Source: a bacterium
Lineage (GTDB): Bacteria; Margulisbacteria; Marinamargulisbacteria; UBA817; JAQBTH01
DNA: 56,771 nt
Assembly (NCBI GenBank): GCA_027623425.1
Contig: JAQBTH010000002.1
Span: 1-56,771, forward strand
Direction: 5' to 3'
Positions 24,058 to 33,031 of this stretch are shown piece by piece; position 1 is the first letter of the stretch; the number at the start of each line of letters is the position of its first letter. The position numbers and the translations under genes are program-made. Under the pieces are notes generated by a model. That model made no database searches. It saw only the letters and a program-made list of their open reading frames with translations, and had not been told where the DNA came from.

Positions 24058-25803
24058 ATGGCAGATGTAGGTGGTGCCGTAGGTGGTGCAAAAAATTTCC
24101 GTTCAGTTAAGGGCGATGTGTCAGATTCGAATAGGCAAAATACTAACTTAGCGCGTTCAGCGTGTCTTGCTGCTTTATTAGTTAAAGGTGGTAAAACGAC
24201 AGCGATGGGTGCCGCTGATAGGGTAAAAGTGGCTACTATGTTGTCTGGTTTTTCTCATCAAAAAGAACTCGTAAAAAGTGAGTATGCTCAGCTTACAAGA
24301 GATGTTAAAGCATCAATTAAAGGCGAATCTGATGTCAGTCCAAATGTAGAACGATTTCAATCCCAATTGAGTTTAGCAGTAAAGGCAATGGGTAAGGCTG
24401 TGAGTAAAATGCAGACTACTGAAGCTGTTAAGGATACAACTTATAATAAATTATTAGGGGCACAATTTGCGCGATTGGATGCCATTCAGGGATTGTTAGA
24501 GGCCAAACAGGATGTTGGAATAGCACATATTCAATTTGTGCATGACTTGGCACACAGCTCACCATCGCCTAGTGTTACTAAAGAATTAATTCAGTATGCT
24601 AACTTACTATTTCAAGAGATTGGAACAACGGCACTTAGTAAAGATTTAGGATTAAACCCAGAAGGCATTCAAGATGCTATTTCTGAGAATAGGTTTCCTA
24701 AGATTCAAGTGAATAGAGATGTACTTGATATAGTTCCATACTCGTATGAGGTATTTAAACCTACGGTCAACGCTCTTAAAGGTGGGCCACAATTAGTTGG
24801 AAAAGTAAGTTTGGAAATGTTTACTGAAATTGCATCAGCGAATTTTAACGTTAACCTTGAACAGGTAGGTGCTTTGAAGGATATGATTACTTTTGTTTCC
24901 GATTCTATCTTATTTTTGGATCAGGCATCGCAACTTGAAATGGGTGATTCAGATGCTAGAGAGATTGAAGAACTTCGAGGATTGTTTGTGGGTCAAATTT
25001 CATTTTTATCCGAAATTATTGTGAAAGTGGCAGATCACCTTATCGCATTTCATGATTCAGTTGCTGCGAATGACATGTTGCAAGTAGCGGATTTAATAGA
25101 AGTTGTTTTAGGTTGTATGACGCGTTCAGGTGACCCATCGCAGGATGCAAACTTGAAGACTCTTTATCATAGCTATGATGCGATTGCTACGCACTTTTAT
25201 CGGACTGAAGTGGGAATGGCTCAGCTGGCGTCATTTCAGCAACCGTTAGATGTGTTTACTGCTACTGCACGTGCGCAAGTTAGTTTGGTTTTGGAGGGAG
25301 AGTATGTATTTGAGTTGCATAACCCTATGGCTGTTATACGAGAAAATGCACCCGGAGCAGCAGTAAAGACTGATTCTGAGGTGGTTCCAAATAGGACGAT
25401 GCGCTCGGAATTACAGGAGGCTAAGAGGGGGCTTCAAAATGTTAGTCTAAGCTTGGTGCCTCTTTCTATGTTTGTTGATTTAAAAAATGCTGCACATGCT
25501 ATTTTGGGCGATTGTAGTACTCATGTGGATCGCAAAGGAGCTGTGGCTGATGGGGGTAGCCATCTCTCTGAGGATGTTCAATTTACTTCTGAGATGCAAC
25601 CACAATTGGATCGTTTTAAAGCTGATTTAAAACTTATGAGTCAACGCTATCCTGCACAATATGAGGTTTTGTGTAAATTATCTGATGTTTGTCGTGATGT
25701 AGGCGCCGTTTCGGCCCCACTACCCTTTAAAGGAGGGGTGTCGCAAAGCGCAACGTTGAATATGAGGGGTATCGCATCAACCTCACTGGGGGAACTGCGG
25801 TAA
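24058..25803 (+). CDS. Hypothetical large helical protein, paralogue A (581 aa)
   Basis: GGAGG SD 8 nt upstream. Gly-rich N-terminus MADVGGAVGGAK. Colinear shared motifs with ORF 26342-28327 (MAD..GG, ERFQ, Y.TEVG). Confidence 0.8.
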   Translation: MADVGGAVGGAKNFRSVKGDVSDSNRQNTNLARSACLAALLVKGGKTTAMGAADRVKVATMLSGFSHQKELVKSEYAQLTRDVKASIKGESDVSPNVERFQSQLSLAVKAMGKAVSKMQTTEAVKDTTYNKLLGAQFARLDAIQGLLEAKQDVGIAHIQFVHDLAHSSPSPSVTKELIQYANLLFQEIGTTALSKDLGLNPEGIQDAISENRFPKIQVNRDVLDIVPYSYEVFKPTVNALKGGPQLVGKVSLEMFTEIASANFNVNLEQVGALKDMITFVSDSILFLDQASQLEMGDSDAREIEELRGLFVGQISFLSEIIVKVADHLIAFHDSVAANDMLQVADLIEVVLGCMTRSGDPSQDANLKTLYHSYDAIATHFYRTEVGMAQLASFQQPLDVFTATARAQVSLVLEGEYVFELHNPMAVIRENAPGAAVKTDSEVVPNRTMRSELQEAKRGLQNVSLSLVPLSMFVDLKNAAHAILGDCSTHVDRKGAVADGGSHLSEDVQFTSEMQPQLDRFKADLKLMSQRYPAQYEVLCKLSDVCRDVGAVSAPLPFKGGVSQSATLNMRGIASTSLGELR

Positions 25804-25973
25804 TGCCAAGAATGGTTCAAGGGAAGAGAAAAGATCACCCTCTCGTTGAGCTACGAGCGGCCGATAAAACTCCGTTACCTGGGAACAAAACTCCTGGCAG
25901 TATTGTTGTGGGTGATATGGCTAATATAGTACTGGCAATGGCTGTTCATGGTTATCCGAAAGCTGCAGTCTAA
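25803..25973 (+). CDS. Small ORF (56 aa), start overlaps the upstream stop (TAATG)
   Basis: Not in the ORF track because it is under 60 aa. Translation: MPRMVQGKRKDHPLVELRAADKTPLPGNKTPGSIVVGDMANIVLAMAVHGYPKAAV. Fills an otherwise non-coding 170-nt gap. Confidence 0.4.
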   Translation: MPRMVQGKRKDHPLVELRAADKTPLPGNKTPGSIVVGDMANIVLAMAVHGYPKAAV

Positions 25974-25996
25974 ATCAAATGGAAAGGATTAACAAT

Positions 25997-26329
25997 ATGA
26001 CGATTAAAGAACAGTTTCAGCAGGTAGTGAGTGCGCCCGATTCATCGGTGTTAATTACGAATCATCGGGATACCAATCGCCGTGATTATCGGCATTATTA
26101 TTTACGGGTTACCATGGATGGCATGCAGCTTAAGGAAGAATCAATGACCTTGCGCCGCGATTATACCTATTCGTTTACTGATGATTCCCTTGAAATGGAT
26201 GGTATTAAAAAAGGGCAAGATTTTGTAGATGAGTTTTATGACAAGCTAGCCAAGATTGCCAAAGATGTGGAAGCAAACCAAGCGTTTGTTTTTGAACATA
26301 AACCAGAGCAATCTGAGACAGATAAATAG
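25997..26329 (+). CDS. Small acidic hypothetical protein (110 aa)
   Basis: Start chosen at ATG 25997 (GGAAAGGA about 8 nt upstream) rather than 25979. D/E-rich C-terminal half. Confidence 0.65.
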   Translation: MTIKEQFQQVVSAPDSSVLITNHRDTNRRDYRHYYLRVTMDGMQLKEESMTLRRDYTYSFTDDSLEMDGIKKGQDFVDEFYDKLAKIAKDVEANQAFVFEHKPEQSETDK

Positions 26330-26341
26330 GAGGAAATTAAA

Positions 26342-28327
26342 ATGGCAGATGCATTAGGTGGGCTACAAGGACAAGGTGTTATTGCAGGAATGCGTCAAAA
26401 GGCTGTTGATTCTCGGGATGCGGCATTGCAGGCCTTAGAAAATCGATTTGCAACTGAAGACTTGCGTGGAGCGGAGCAAATGAAGGGGTTTTCCGCAAGC
26501 GCTGTTGCTGTGTTCTTAACGGGAATGGGTGGTGGTGATAAGGGCGCCTTTAACTCGGCAATGTTGAATTATTCTCAGGCTGGTGGAAAAGGGCCAATGT
26601 ATGAGGTTAAATCTAGAATGGGGCAAAAATCAGCGGTTAAAACTGACGCGTTTACAACGCCATTGGAGAGATTTCAAAAAGCGGTTGGCGATGTGCTTTC
26701 CAATATCGAAAAATTGAGAGGAAAACCGGTAGATGTTAAAGGACACGCTCGTTTAAAAGCGGATGTTATTGCTTTGGCGGACTTGCTAAGTGATGCGTTT
26801 TCTAAAGGTATTTCTTTGCGATCGGAATCGCTGGACAATTGTATGGCGGTTTTTGATTCTGTATTAACGGGTGGAGACATGCCATTGGGGCAGTTGAAAG
26901 ATGATCTGGGTGATTTTGTTCAAAACTCCCAAGATATGGTTGTTCTTCATCAGTGCGGGCTTGTTCCGTTTTTGGATAAAACAGAGTTAACGGCTGGAGA
27001 ATTTAAACCGTTAATTAGGTTATTGACTCAGCATACTGAACGTTTGGCTCATTTAGGGAATGCTTCTGTTTTGGATGGTTTAAAAGAGGCGGTTAGTAAC
27101 GTTTTTATGGAAAAAATTATGCCTTTATTAACAACTCTGGATTATCTTACTCCAGGTTCTGAGTCTAATGGCATATTAATGGCATTTTGTCAGGGTAATG
27201 GTGACTTTTTGGGGGTGGATACCGCTACAAAACTGGGGTTTCTGGATTTGGTAGTTGAAAATGCGTGTTGTTCGCCTATCGCCGATGATTTAGTTGTTGC
27301 ACGGAATTTACTTTTCGAGGTTGTGCAACATGCGTCAGTTGGCGACATGCGTTCAGGTGAGCCTCCTTTAGGGCAGCAGTTTAAAGACATGATGGATGCT
27401 CTTGGTGATGCGTGGTATGGCACCGAGGTAGGAACGATGGCTGTTAACGCGTTGTTTGAAGGGATGGATGGCAAGCTGGGAGTAGAGAGCGGCCAAATTA
27501 CGGGTTTAACGAAGTTGGTAGGATCAGCGCAAAAACGTGCAGATGAGGCAAAGGGAGGGTCTGTTACAGATGATTTACACCCTGAACAATATTTGCGTTT
27601 ATCAAAAACTGAGGGCGCCTACTCAGCTAGGGGTAAAGGGGTTGCGGAAGCGACCCGAGACCGCTTTCGTGAGTCCTTTCCGTTTCCTATTGTGCCGTAC
27701 CGAGCAGTTGCGCTACTTGCAGATATCGCAAAAGGCGGATTAATGGTGTCAGAAAACAGTGGTGGAGTGTCGGTTCAGACGGATCGTTTTGATCGATTAC
27801 CTAAAGAAGGGCGGTTGACGTATCTTCCTGACCAAGAAGTGCCGAGCTTCACATTTAAAGGTGAGCCCGTTAAACGAGATGTTGTATGTGTTGATGGAAA
27901 AGAAGGGGCGCCCGCTTTGAGTGAAAATGCATATGATTTAATGGAAACTAAATTACCAGGTGCGTTTAAGAATGAGGCGAGATTAGAGGCTTTTAAACGG
28001 GTTTCAGCAGCGTTTGGTGATATTGCAAGAGCGGGTTCAGCAGTGCCTAGAAAAGTAGTTTCCACAAATCATTTCTACACGATGCCGGCCATGCAAGGGG
28101 TGTTGCGAACGCTATTGCTTTCCGTAGGCGAAAGTTTAGCTGCTCCCGGGTATGAACCTGGTACAGACCGATTAACATTTGCAGATAAGTGTGCAGGATT
28201 AGATATTGATGCATCTAGTGATCCAATGGCCGTGATAACGTATTCTAGAAGTCCTGTAAGTCGTGTTGATATGTTATCTATGTATCAACTGATGGCATGG
28301 GCACCAAGTTCAGAGACTATGGCCTAG
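26342..28327 (+). CDS. Hypothetical large helical protein, paralogue B (661 aa)
   Basis: AGGAGG SD. N-terminus MADALGGLQGQG. Shares ERFQ and AWYGTEVG motifs in the same order as paralogue A. Confidence 0.8.
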   Translation: MADALGGLQGQGVIAGMRQKAVDSRDAALQALENRFATEDLRGAEQMKGFSASAVAVFLTGMGGGDKGAFNSAMLNYSQAGGKGPMYEVKSRMGQKSAVKTDAFTTPLERFQKAVGDVLSNIEKLRGKPVDVKGHARLKADVIALADLLSDAFSKGISLRSESLDNCMAVFDSVLTGGDMPLGQLKDDLGDFVQNSQDMVVLHQCGLVPFLDKTELTAGEFKPLIRLLTQHTERLAHLGNASVLDGLKEAVSNVFMEKIMPLLTTLDYLTPGSESNGILMAFCQGNGDFLGVDTATKLGFLDLVVENACCSPIADDLVVARNLLFEVVQHASVGDMRSGEPPLGQQFKDMMDALGDAWYGTEVGTMAVNALFEGMDGKLGVESGQITGLTKLVGSAQKRADEAKGGSVTDDLHPEQYLRLSKTEGAYSARGKGVAEATRDRFRESFPFPIVPYRAVALLADIAKGGLMVSENSGGVSVQTDRFDRLPKEGRLTYLPDQEVPSFTFKGEPVKRDVVCVDGKEGAPALSENAYDLMETKLPGAFKNEARLEAFKRVSAAFGDIARAGSAVPRKVVSTNHFYTMPAMQGVLRTLLLSVGESLAAPGYEPGTDRLTFADKCAGLDIDASSDPMAVITYSRSPVSRVDMLSMYQLMAWAPSSETMA

Positions 28328-29820
28328 ATCTGTTTGTCTCTCATGTGCGGAAAGGCAATGACATCGCGAATAGAAGGTTGGTCTGTAAGTAGCATGACCA
28401 CACGGTCAATACCGATCCCAAGCCCGCCCGTAGGTGGCATGCCATAGCTTAATGCGGTCACAAAATCTTCATCTGTCATATGGGTTTCATCGAAGCCGGC
28501 TTCACGGGCTTTTGTCTGGTCTTCGAACCGGGCTTTTTGGTCGATAGGGTCGTTTAACTCGCTAAATGCGTTCGCGATTTCCATCGTGTTAATAATCAGC
28601 TCAAATCGCTCCACATACCGTGGGTCATCGGCTTTGCGCTTTGCCAGTGGCGACGTTTCCCACGGATGATCCATAATAAAGGTGGGCTGAATGAGTTTGT
28701 TTTCTACGCATTTATCATAAATTAAATTGATCAATTCGCCGCGGTGGTATTGCTCAGGAATATCACAGCCTAATTCTTTGGCGCGTTTGGCAAGCCCTGC
28801 TTCATCAAGGTTAATGTCGGTGTCTGCGTATTCCTTTAATGCGTCTTTCATGGTGAGGCGACGAAATGGTGGTGCAAAATCTAATTCAGTGCCTTGATAG
28901 GTAATTTTAGTGCTGCCTGTATGGGCTTTTACCAGTTCGCTTAGTAATGTTTCGGTTAATGCCATAATGCCGTGGTAATCAGTGTAGGCCTGGTAAAGTT
29001 CCAAAAGGGTGTATTCAGGGTTGTGTTTGTAGCTTACCCCTTCGTTCCTAAACACGCGCCCAATCTCAAAAATGCGTTCAAATCCGCCCACCATGAGGCG
29101 TTTCAATGGCAATTCCAGGGATATTCTCATGTATAGTTTTTGGTCTAGGGTGTTGTGATGGGTTTCAAATGGGCTCGCCGATGCGCCACCATAAATGGTT
29201 TGTAACACGGGCGTTTCAACTTCCATAAAATTATCTTTATGTAGGTAGTCGCGAAAAAAATGTATAATTTTGGCCCGGTCTTGGAACACGTGACGCACTT
29301 CTGGGTTTGCAATTAAATCCACATAGCGTTGGCGATAGCGTGTTTCTTTGTCTTGTAGGCCATGAAATTTTTCTGGTAGTGAATGTAGTGACTTTGTAAG
29401 AAGGGTAAATTTGGCCAGGCGTATGGAAAGCTCTCCGCGCTTACTAACAAAGGGTTTTCCTTCAATGCCAATGATGTCGCCCACATCTAAATGTATTAGA
29501 TCGTGGTAGACTTCGTCGCCCAATTCATCGATATTGGCATAGTATTGAACGGCGGCATTTTCATCGGCAATATTACCAAAAGAGGCTTTTCCATGACCGC
29601 GTTTGGCCATTAATCGGCCGGCTAAAATTACCGTGTCCTCTGATTTTTCGCCACTTTCTAAGTGCGCGTATTTTTCACATATCTCTTTAATGGAATGGGA
29701 TCGGTCAAATTTATATTTAAATGCGTCTTCGCCTTTTTCACGATAGTGCGCTAATTTTTTAAGACGAACTTCCGATTCACTTAAACCATCGTATTGCGTT
29801 TGTTCTGTTGTCTGGCTCAT
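28324..29820 (-). CDS. lysS: Lysyl-tRNA synthetase, class II
   Basis: OB-fold N-terminal domain (AGRLMAKRGHGKASF), class II motifs (FRNEG, GGLGIGIDRVVMLL). Confidence 0.96.
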   Translation of the reverse strand: MSQTTEQTQYDGLSESEVRLKKLAHYREKGEDAFKYKFDRSHSIKEICEKYAHLESGEKSEDTVILAGRLMAKRGHGKASFGNIADENAAVQYYANIDELGDEVYHDLIHLDVGDIIGIEGKPFVSKRGELSIRLAKFTLLTKSLHSLPEKFHGLQDKETRYRQRYVDLIANPEVRHVFQDRAKIIHFFRDYLHKDNFMEVETPVLQTIYGGASASPFETHHNTLDQKLYMRISLELPLKRLMVGGFERIFEIGRVFRNEGVSYKHNPEYTLLELYQAYTDYHGIMALTETLLSELVKAHTGSTKITYQGTELDFAPPFRRLTMKDALKEYADTDINLDEAGLAKRAKELGCDIPEQYHRGELINLIYDKCVENKLIQPTFIMDHPWETSPLAKRKADDPRYVERFELIINTMEIANAFSELNDPIDQKARFEDQTKAREAGFDETHMTDEDFVTALSYGMPPTGGLGIGIDRVVMLLTDQPSIRDVIAFPHMRDKQI

Positions 29821-29941
29821 TTTTTCCTCATTTTCTCGAAGTGTTTACACTCATTTACCCGTTAATATGGATTAATGCTACGATGGGCAAAAATAGCTGT
29901 CAACTTCCCCTTGAGTTTTGATATACTTAGACAATCACACT

Positions 29942-31270
29942 ATGAAAAATTTCAGACTACTATTTTTAATTGTTATATTGATCGGTGCTGCCGTGGCCTT
30001 CACCCAAATCCCTACGCGACTTGGCTTGGACTTGCAAGGTGGCACGCGTTTGGTATTGGAAGCAAAAGACACACCAGACCAACCTGTGGATTCAGACACC
30101 GTAATAGGTGTTATGTCTGTTATTCGCAACCGTGTAAATGGTTTGGGTGTTACTGAGCCCGTGCTGCAGCGCAAGGGATTGCGGCAAATTGTGGTGGAAT
30201 TACCTGGTGTAAAAGACCCAGAGCGCGCGATAAAGTTGATTGGGGAAACAGCGTTACTGGAATTTGTTGCGGCAGATTGGGCGCCTGAAAATTTGGCAAG
30301 TTTGTCAAAAGAAAAACAGGAAATTTTGGTTGGTAAAAATGTAAAGGTGGCTTCGATGCCAATTACAGATGCCTCTGGAAAAGTTGTTGCAACGCGGACA
30401 TTAATACTGCATCGCACAGAGTTGACGGGTTCTGATTTGAAATATGCGAATCCGGGTACGGATGAATTGGGGAACCCAGTGGTCAGTATTGCCTTTAAAA
30501 AAGAAGGAACTAAACGGTTTGCTGACTTAACCCGTTCGAATATGGGAAAACCGATTGCAATAGTGCTTGATGGCAAAGTTGTTTCAGCACCGAATGTGCG
30601 TGCGGTTATTAATAATGGTCAAGCGGTTATAGAGGGTGGGTTTTCAGTTCAGGAAATGCGTGATTTGGTTATTAAATTAAAAGCCGGTTCGTTGCCAGTG
30701 CCGGTTGAAATCGTGTCGAATCGCATTGTTGGTCCTACTTTGGGCCGGGACTCTATCGCAAAGAGTAAGGTTGCAGGCATGATTGGTTTGCTTATTGTTT
30801 CGTTATATATGGTGGTGTTTTACCGCGTAGGTGGCTTTGTTGCCAATTTGGCGTTGTGCGCTTACCTTCTTATTGTTATGGCCCTTTTGAAGGTGTTTGA
30901 TGCCACTCTCACATTGCCAGGGATTGCAGGGGTTATTTTAACCTTGGGCATGGCAGTAGATGCTAACGTGATTATTTTTGAGCGCATTAAAGAAGAGATT
31001 AGCTTAGGTGAAACAGTTTTAGGTGCGATTAACTCCGGGTATTCCAAGGCTTTTGTTGCGATTTTAGATTCGAATATCACCACGATGATAGCGGCGGTGG
31101 TGCTGTTTTGGCTGGGTACGGGTACCATAAAAGGTTTTGCGGTTACTCTTAGCATCGGCATTGTGGTGAGTATGTTTTCTGCTATTTTCGTAACGAAATT
31201 ATTATTAACAGGAGTGGCCAGAATGCGTGGAATGACTGCGCAGTGGTTGTTTGGTGGGGTGAAATCATGA
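29942..31270 (+). CDS. secD: Protein translocase subunit SecD
   Basis: LGLDLQGGT, periplasmic P1 domain, six C-terminal TM helices (GIAGVILTLGMAVDANVIIFERIKEE). Start placed at ATG 29942. Confidence 0.93.
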   Translation: MKNFRLLFLIVILIGAAVAFTQIPTRLGLDLQGGTRLVLEAKDTPDQPVDSDTVIGVMSVIRNRVNGLGVTEPVLQRKGLRQIVVELPGVKDPERAIKLIGETALLEFVAADWAPENLASLSKEKQEILVGKNVKVASMPITDASGKVVATRTLILHRTELTGSDLKYANPGTDELGNPVVSIAFKKEGTKRFADLTRSNMGKPIAIVLDGKVVSAPNVRAVINNGQAVIEGGFSVQEMRDLVIKLKAGSLPVPVEIVSNRIVGPTLGRDSIAKSKVAGMIGLLIVSLYMVVFYRVGGFVANLALCAYLLIVMALLKVFDATLTLPGIAGVILTLGMAVDANVIIFERIKEEISLGETVLGAINSGYSKAFVAILDSNITTMIAAVVLFWLGTGTIKGFAVTLSIGIVVSMFSAIFVTKLLLTGVARMRGMTAQWLFGGVKS

Positions 31271-32207
31271 ATCAGATGAAACGCTTTAAATTGGTTCAAA
31301 AACGGAATTTATGGTTTGGTTTTTCATTAATTATCATTGCGGTGGGTTTTGGATTGATGGGGTTGCGTGCGGTTAGTCATGAGCCTGTTCTTAACTTTGG
31401 TATTGATTTTACGGGTGGCACGAGTTTTATTGTAAAATTTGACTCCCTTAATGCGCGTTTGCTCGGTAAGGGAAATGAACAGGACACTCAAATTGCATTT
31501 ATAGAAGAATTACGAGGTGTGTTGTCGCAATTTGGACTGGGTAAAAGTCAAATTCAGATTACCCAGGATAAAGCGGTTATCATTCGTACTGTGGCTTTAG
31601 ATAATGACCGACGCGTTTCGGTGCTGCGTTCGTTAGAGGAACGGGTGGGCGTGATGGAACTGTTGGAAGTGGATGTTATTGGCCCCACAATCGGGCAAGA
31701 GCTTAAGGAGCAATCTTTTTGGATTGTGTTAATGGTTAGTATTGCGTTATTAATTTATATTACGTGGCGATTTGAATTGGTGTTTGGTGCGGCGGCATTA
31801 ATTGCGGTGTTGCATGATGCGATGGTGATTATTAGTTTTAGTTCCATTACGAACTTAGAGATTAATACGGCATATGTGGCTGCGTTATTAACCGTATTGG
31901 GGTATTCGATTAATGATACTATTGTCATATTTGACCGTATTCGGGAGCAATTACAAGCAAAAGGAATAAAATCACCTTGGATACATTGATTGATGTGTCT
32001 GTTACACAAATGTTTACTCGGTCTGTTCATACTTCTATAACGACCCTAATTGTAGTGGGTTCATTGCTGGTTTTTGGCGGAGCTACAATTAAGACGTTTA
32101 CGATTGTACTACTTGTGGGAATAATAAGTGGTACGTACTCATCAATTTTCATAGCAAGCCCGTTGTTGTACGTTATGTATCCGCGGCTTGGGAAGGAAAC
32201 AGGATAA
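31267..32207 (+). pseudogene. secF: Protein translocase subunit SecF interrupted by a -1 frameshift in an A-rich tract (or an assembly error)
   Basis: ATGA overlap with secD. Frame 1 ends at 31989 (..IREQLQAKGIKSPWIH*). The conserved SecF C-terminus (LDTLIDVSVTQMFTRSVHTSITTL...GTYSSIFIASP) continues in the -1 frame from about 31960. Confidence 0.85.
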
Positions 32208-32978
32208 TTGAATCCTACAAAAAAGAAAGCATCGCCTAAGCAGGCAACACAGTCGACTGATAAATCAGCGCCTACTCGAAATCAATTGGTTGAAGATCAC
32301 CTTCACTTGGTAAAGTATGTGGTAAATCGGATGGCAGTGAGTTTACCCCCAGGAATGGGGCGTGATGACCTTTTAAGTATTGGTTGCTGGGGTTTGATTG
32401 ATTCTGCTGAGAAATTTGATACATCAAAAGGTGTTCTTTTTAAAACGTATGCGATCACTCGCATTCGCGGTGCTATTTTAGATGAATTACGCCGTCATAG
32501 TTTGGGCGGGCAAACATTATGCCGAAAAGCCAGAGCCTTGGAAAAGGCGGTGCGATTGGTAGAAAGTCGCTACGAAGGTAAAAAGGCGCCTGATTCAGAA
32601 GTGGCGAAGGAATTGGAGATTACCATAGAGAAATTACGTCATTTATACACTGAAGTGGCGCATTCCTTTTTAGTGTCTTTGGATGAATATACGTATAGCG
32701 ATGATGATTCTGAATCGTATGTGGATGGTTTAAAAGACGAAAAAATGCCAGAGCCTGCAGAGGCAATGGAAGCGTTGGAATTAAAAGAAACCATTATGAC
32801 TCATATCGATTCGATTCCACAGCAAGAAAAATTAGTGCTGACGTTGTATTATTACGAAGAATTGACCTTTAAAGAAATTGGCCGTGTTTTAAATGTGAGC
32901 GAGTCTCGTGTGTCGCAGATCCATACCAAAGCGATTGTTCGCATGCGGGGACGTTTAAAGCATTCTGTGACTTATTAG
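32208..32978 (+). CDS. fliA: RNA polymerase sigma factor, sigma-28 (FliA/WhiG) family
   Basis: Region 2 LLSIGCWGLIDSAEKFDTSKGVLFKTYAITRIRGAILDELRR; region 4.2 HTH LTFKEIGRVLNVSESRVSQIHTKAI; 256 aa with no region 1. TTG start directly after the secF stop. Confidence 0.85.
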   Translation: MNPTKKKASPKQATQSTDKSAPTRNQLVEDHLHLVKYVVNRMAVSLPPGMGRDDLLSIGCWGLIDSAEKFDTSKGVLFKTYAITRIRGAILDELRRHSLGGQTLCRKARALEKAVRLVESRYEGKKAPDSEVAKELEITIEKLRHLYTEVAHSFLVSLDEYTYSDDDSESYVDGLKDEKMPEPAEAMEALELKETIMTHIDSIPQQEKLVLTLYYYEELTFKEIGRVLNVSESRVSQIHTKAIVRMRGRLKHSVTY

Positions 32979-33031
32979 AGGGAAAGAATGCTGCCGCAAC
33001 GGATAAAGCTATGGTAAAATGGACGCATTAA

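Noticed and set aside
31977-32207. 76-aa ORF treated as an independent small membrane protein gene.
   Set aside because: Its sequence is the conserved C-terminus of SecF. It is the downstream part of the frameshifted secF, not a separate family.
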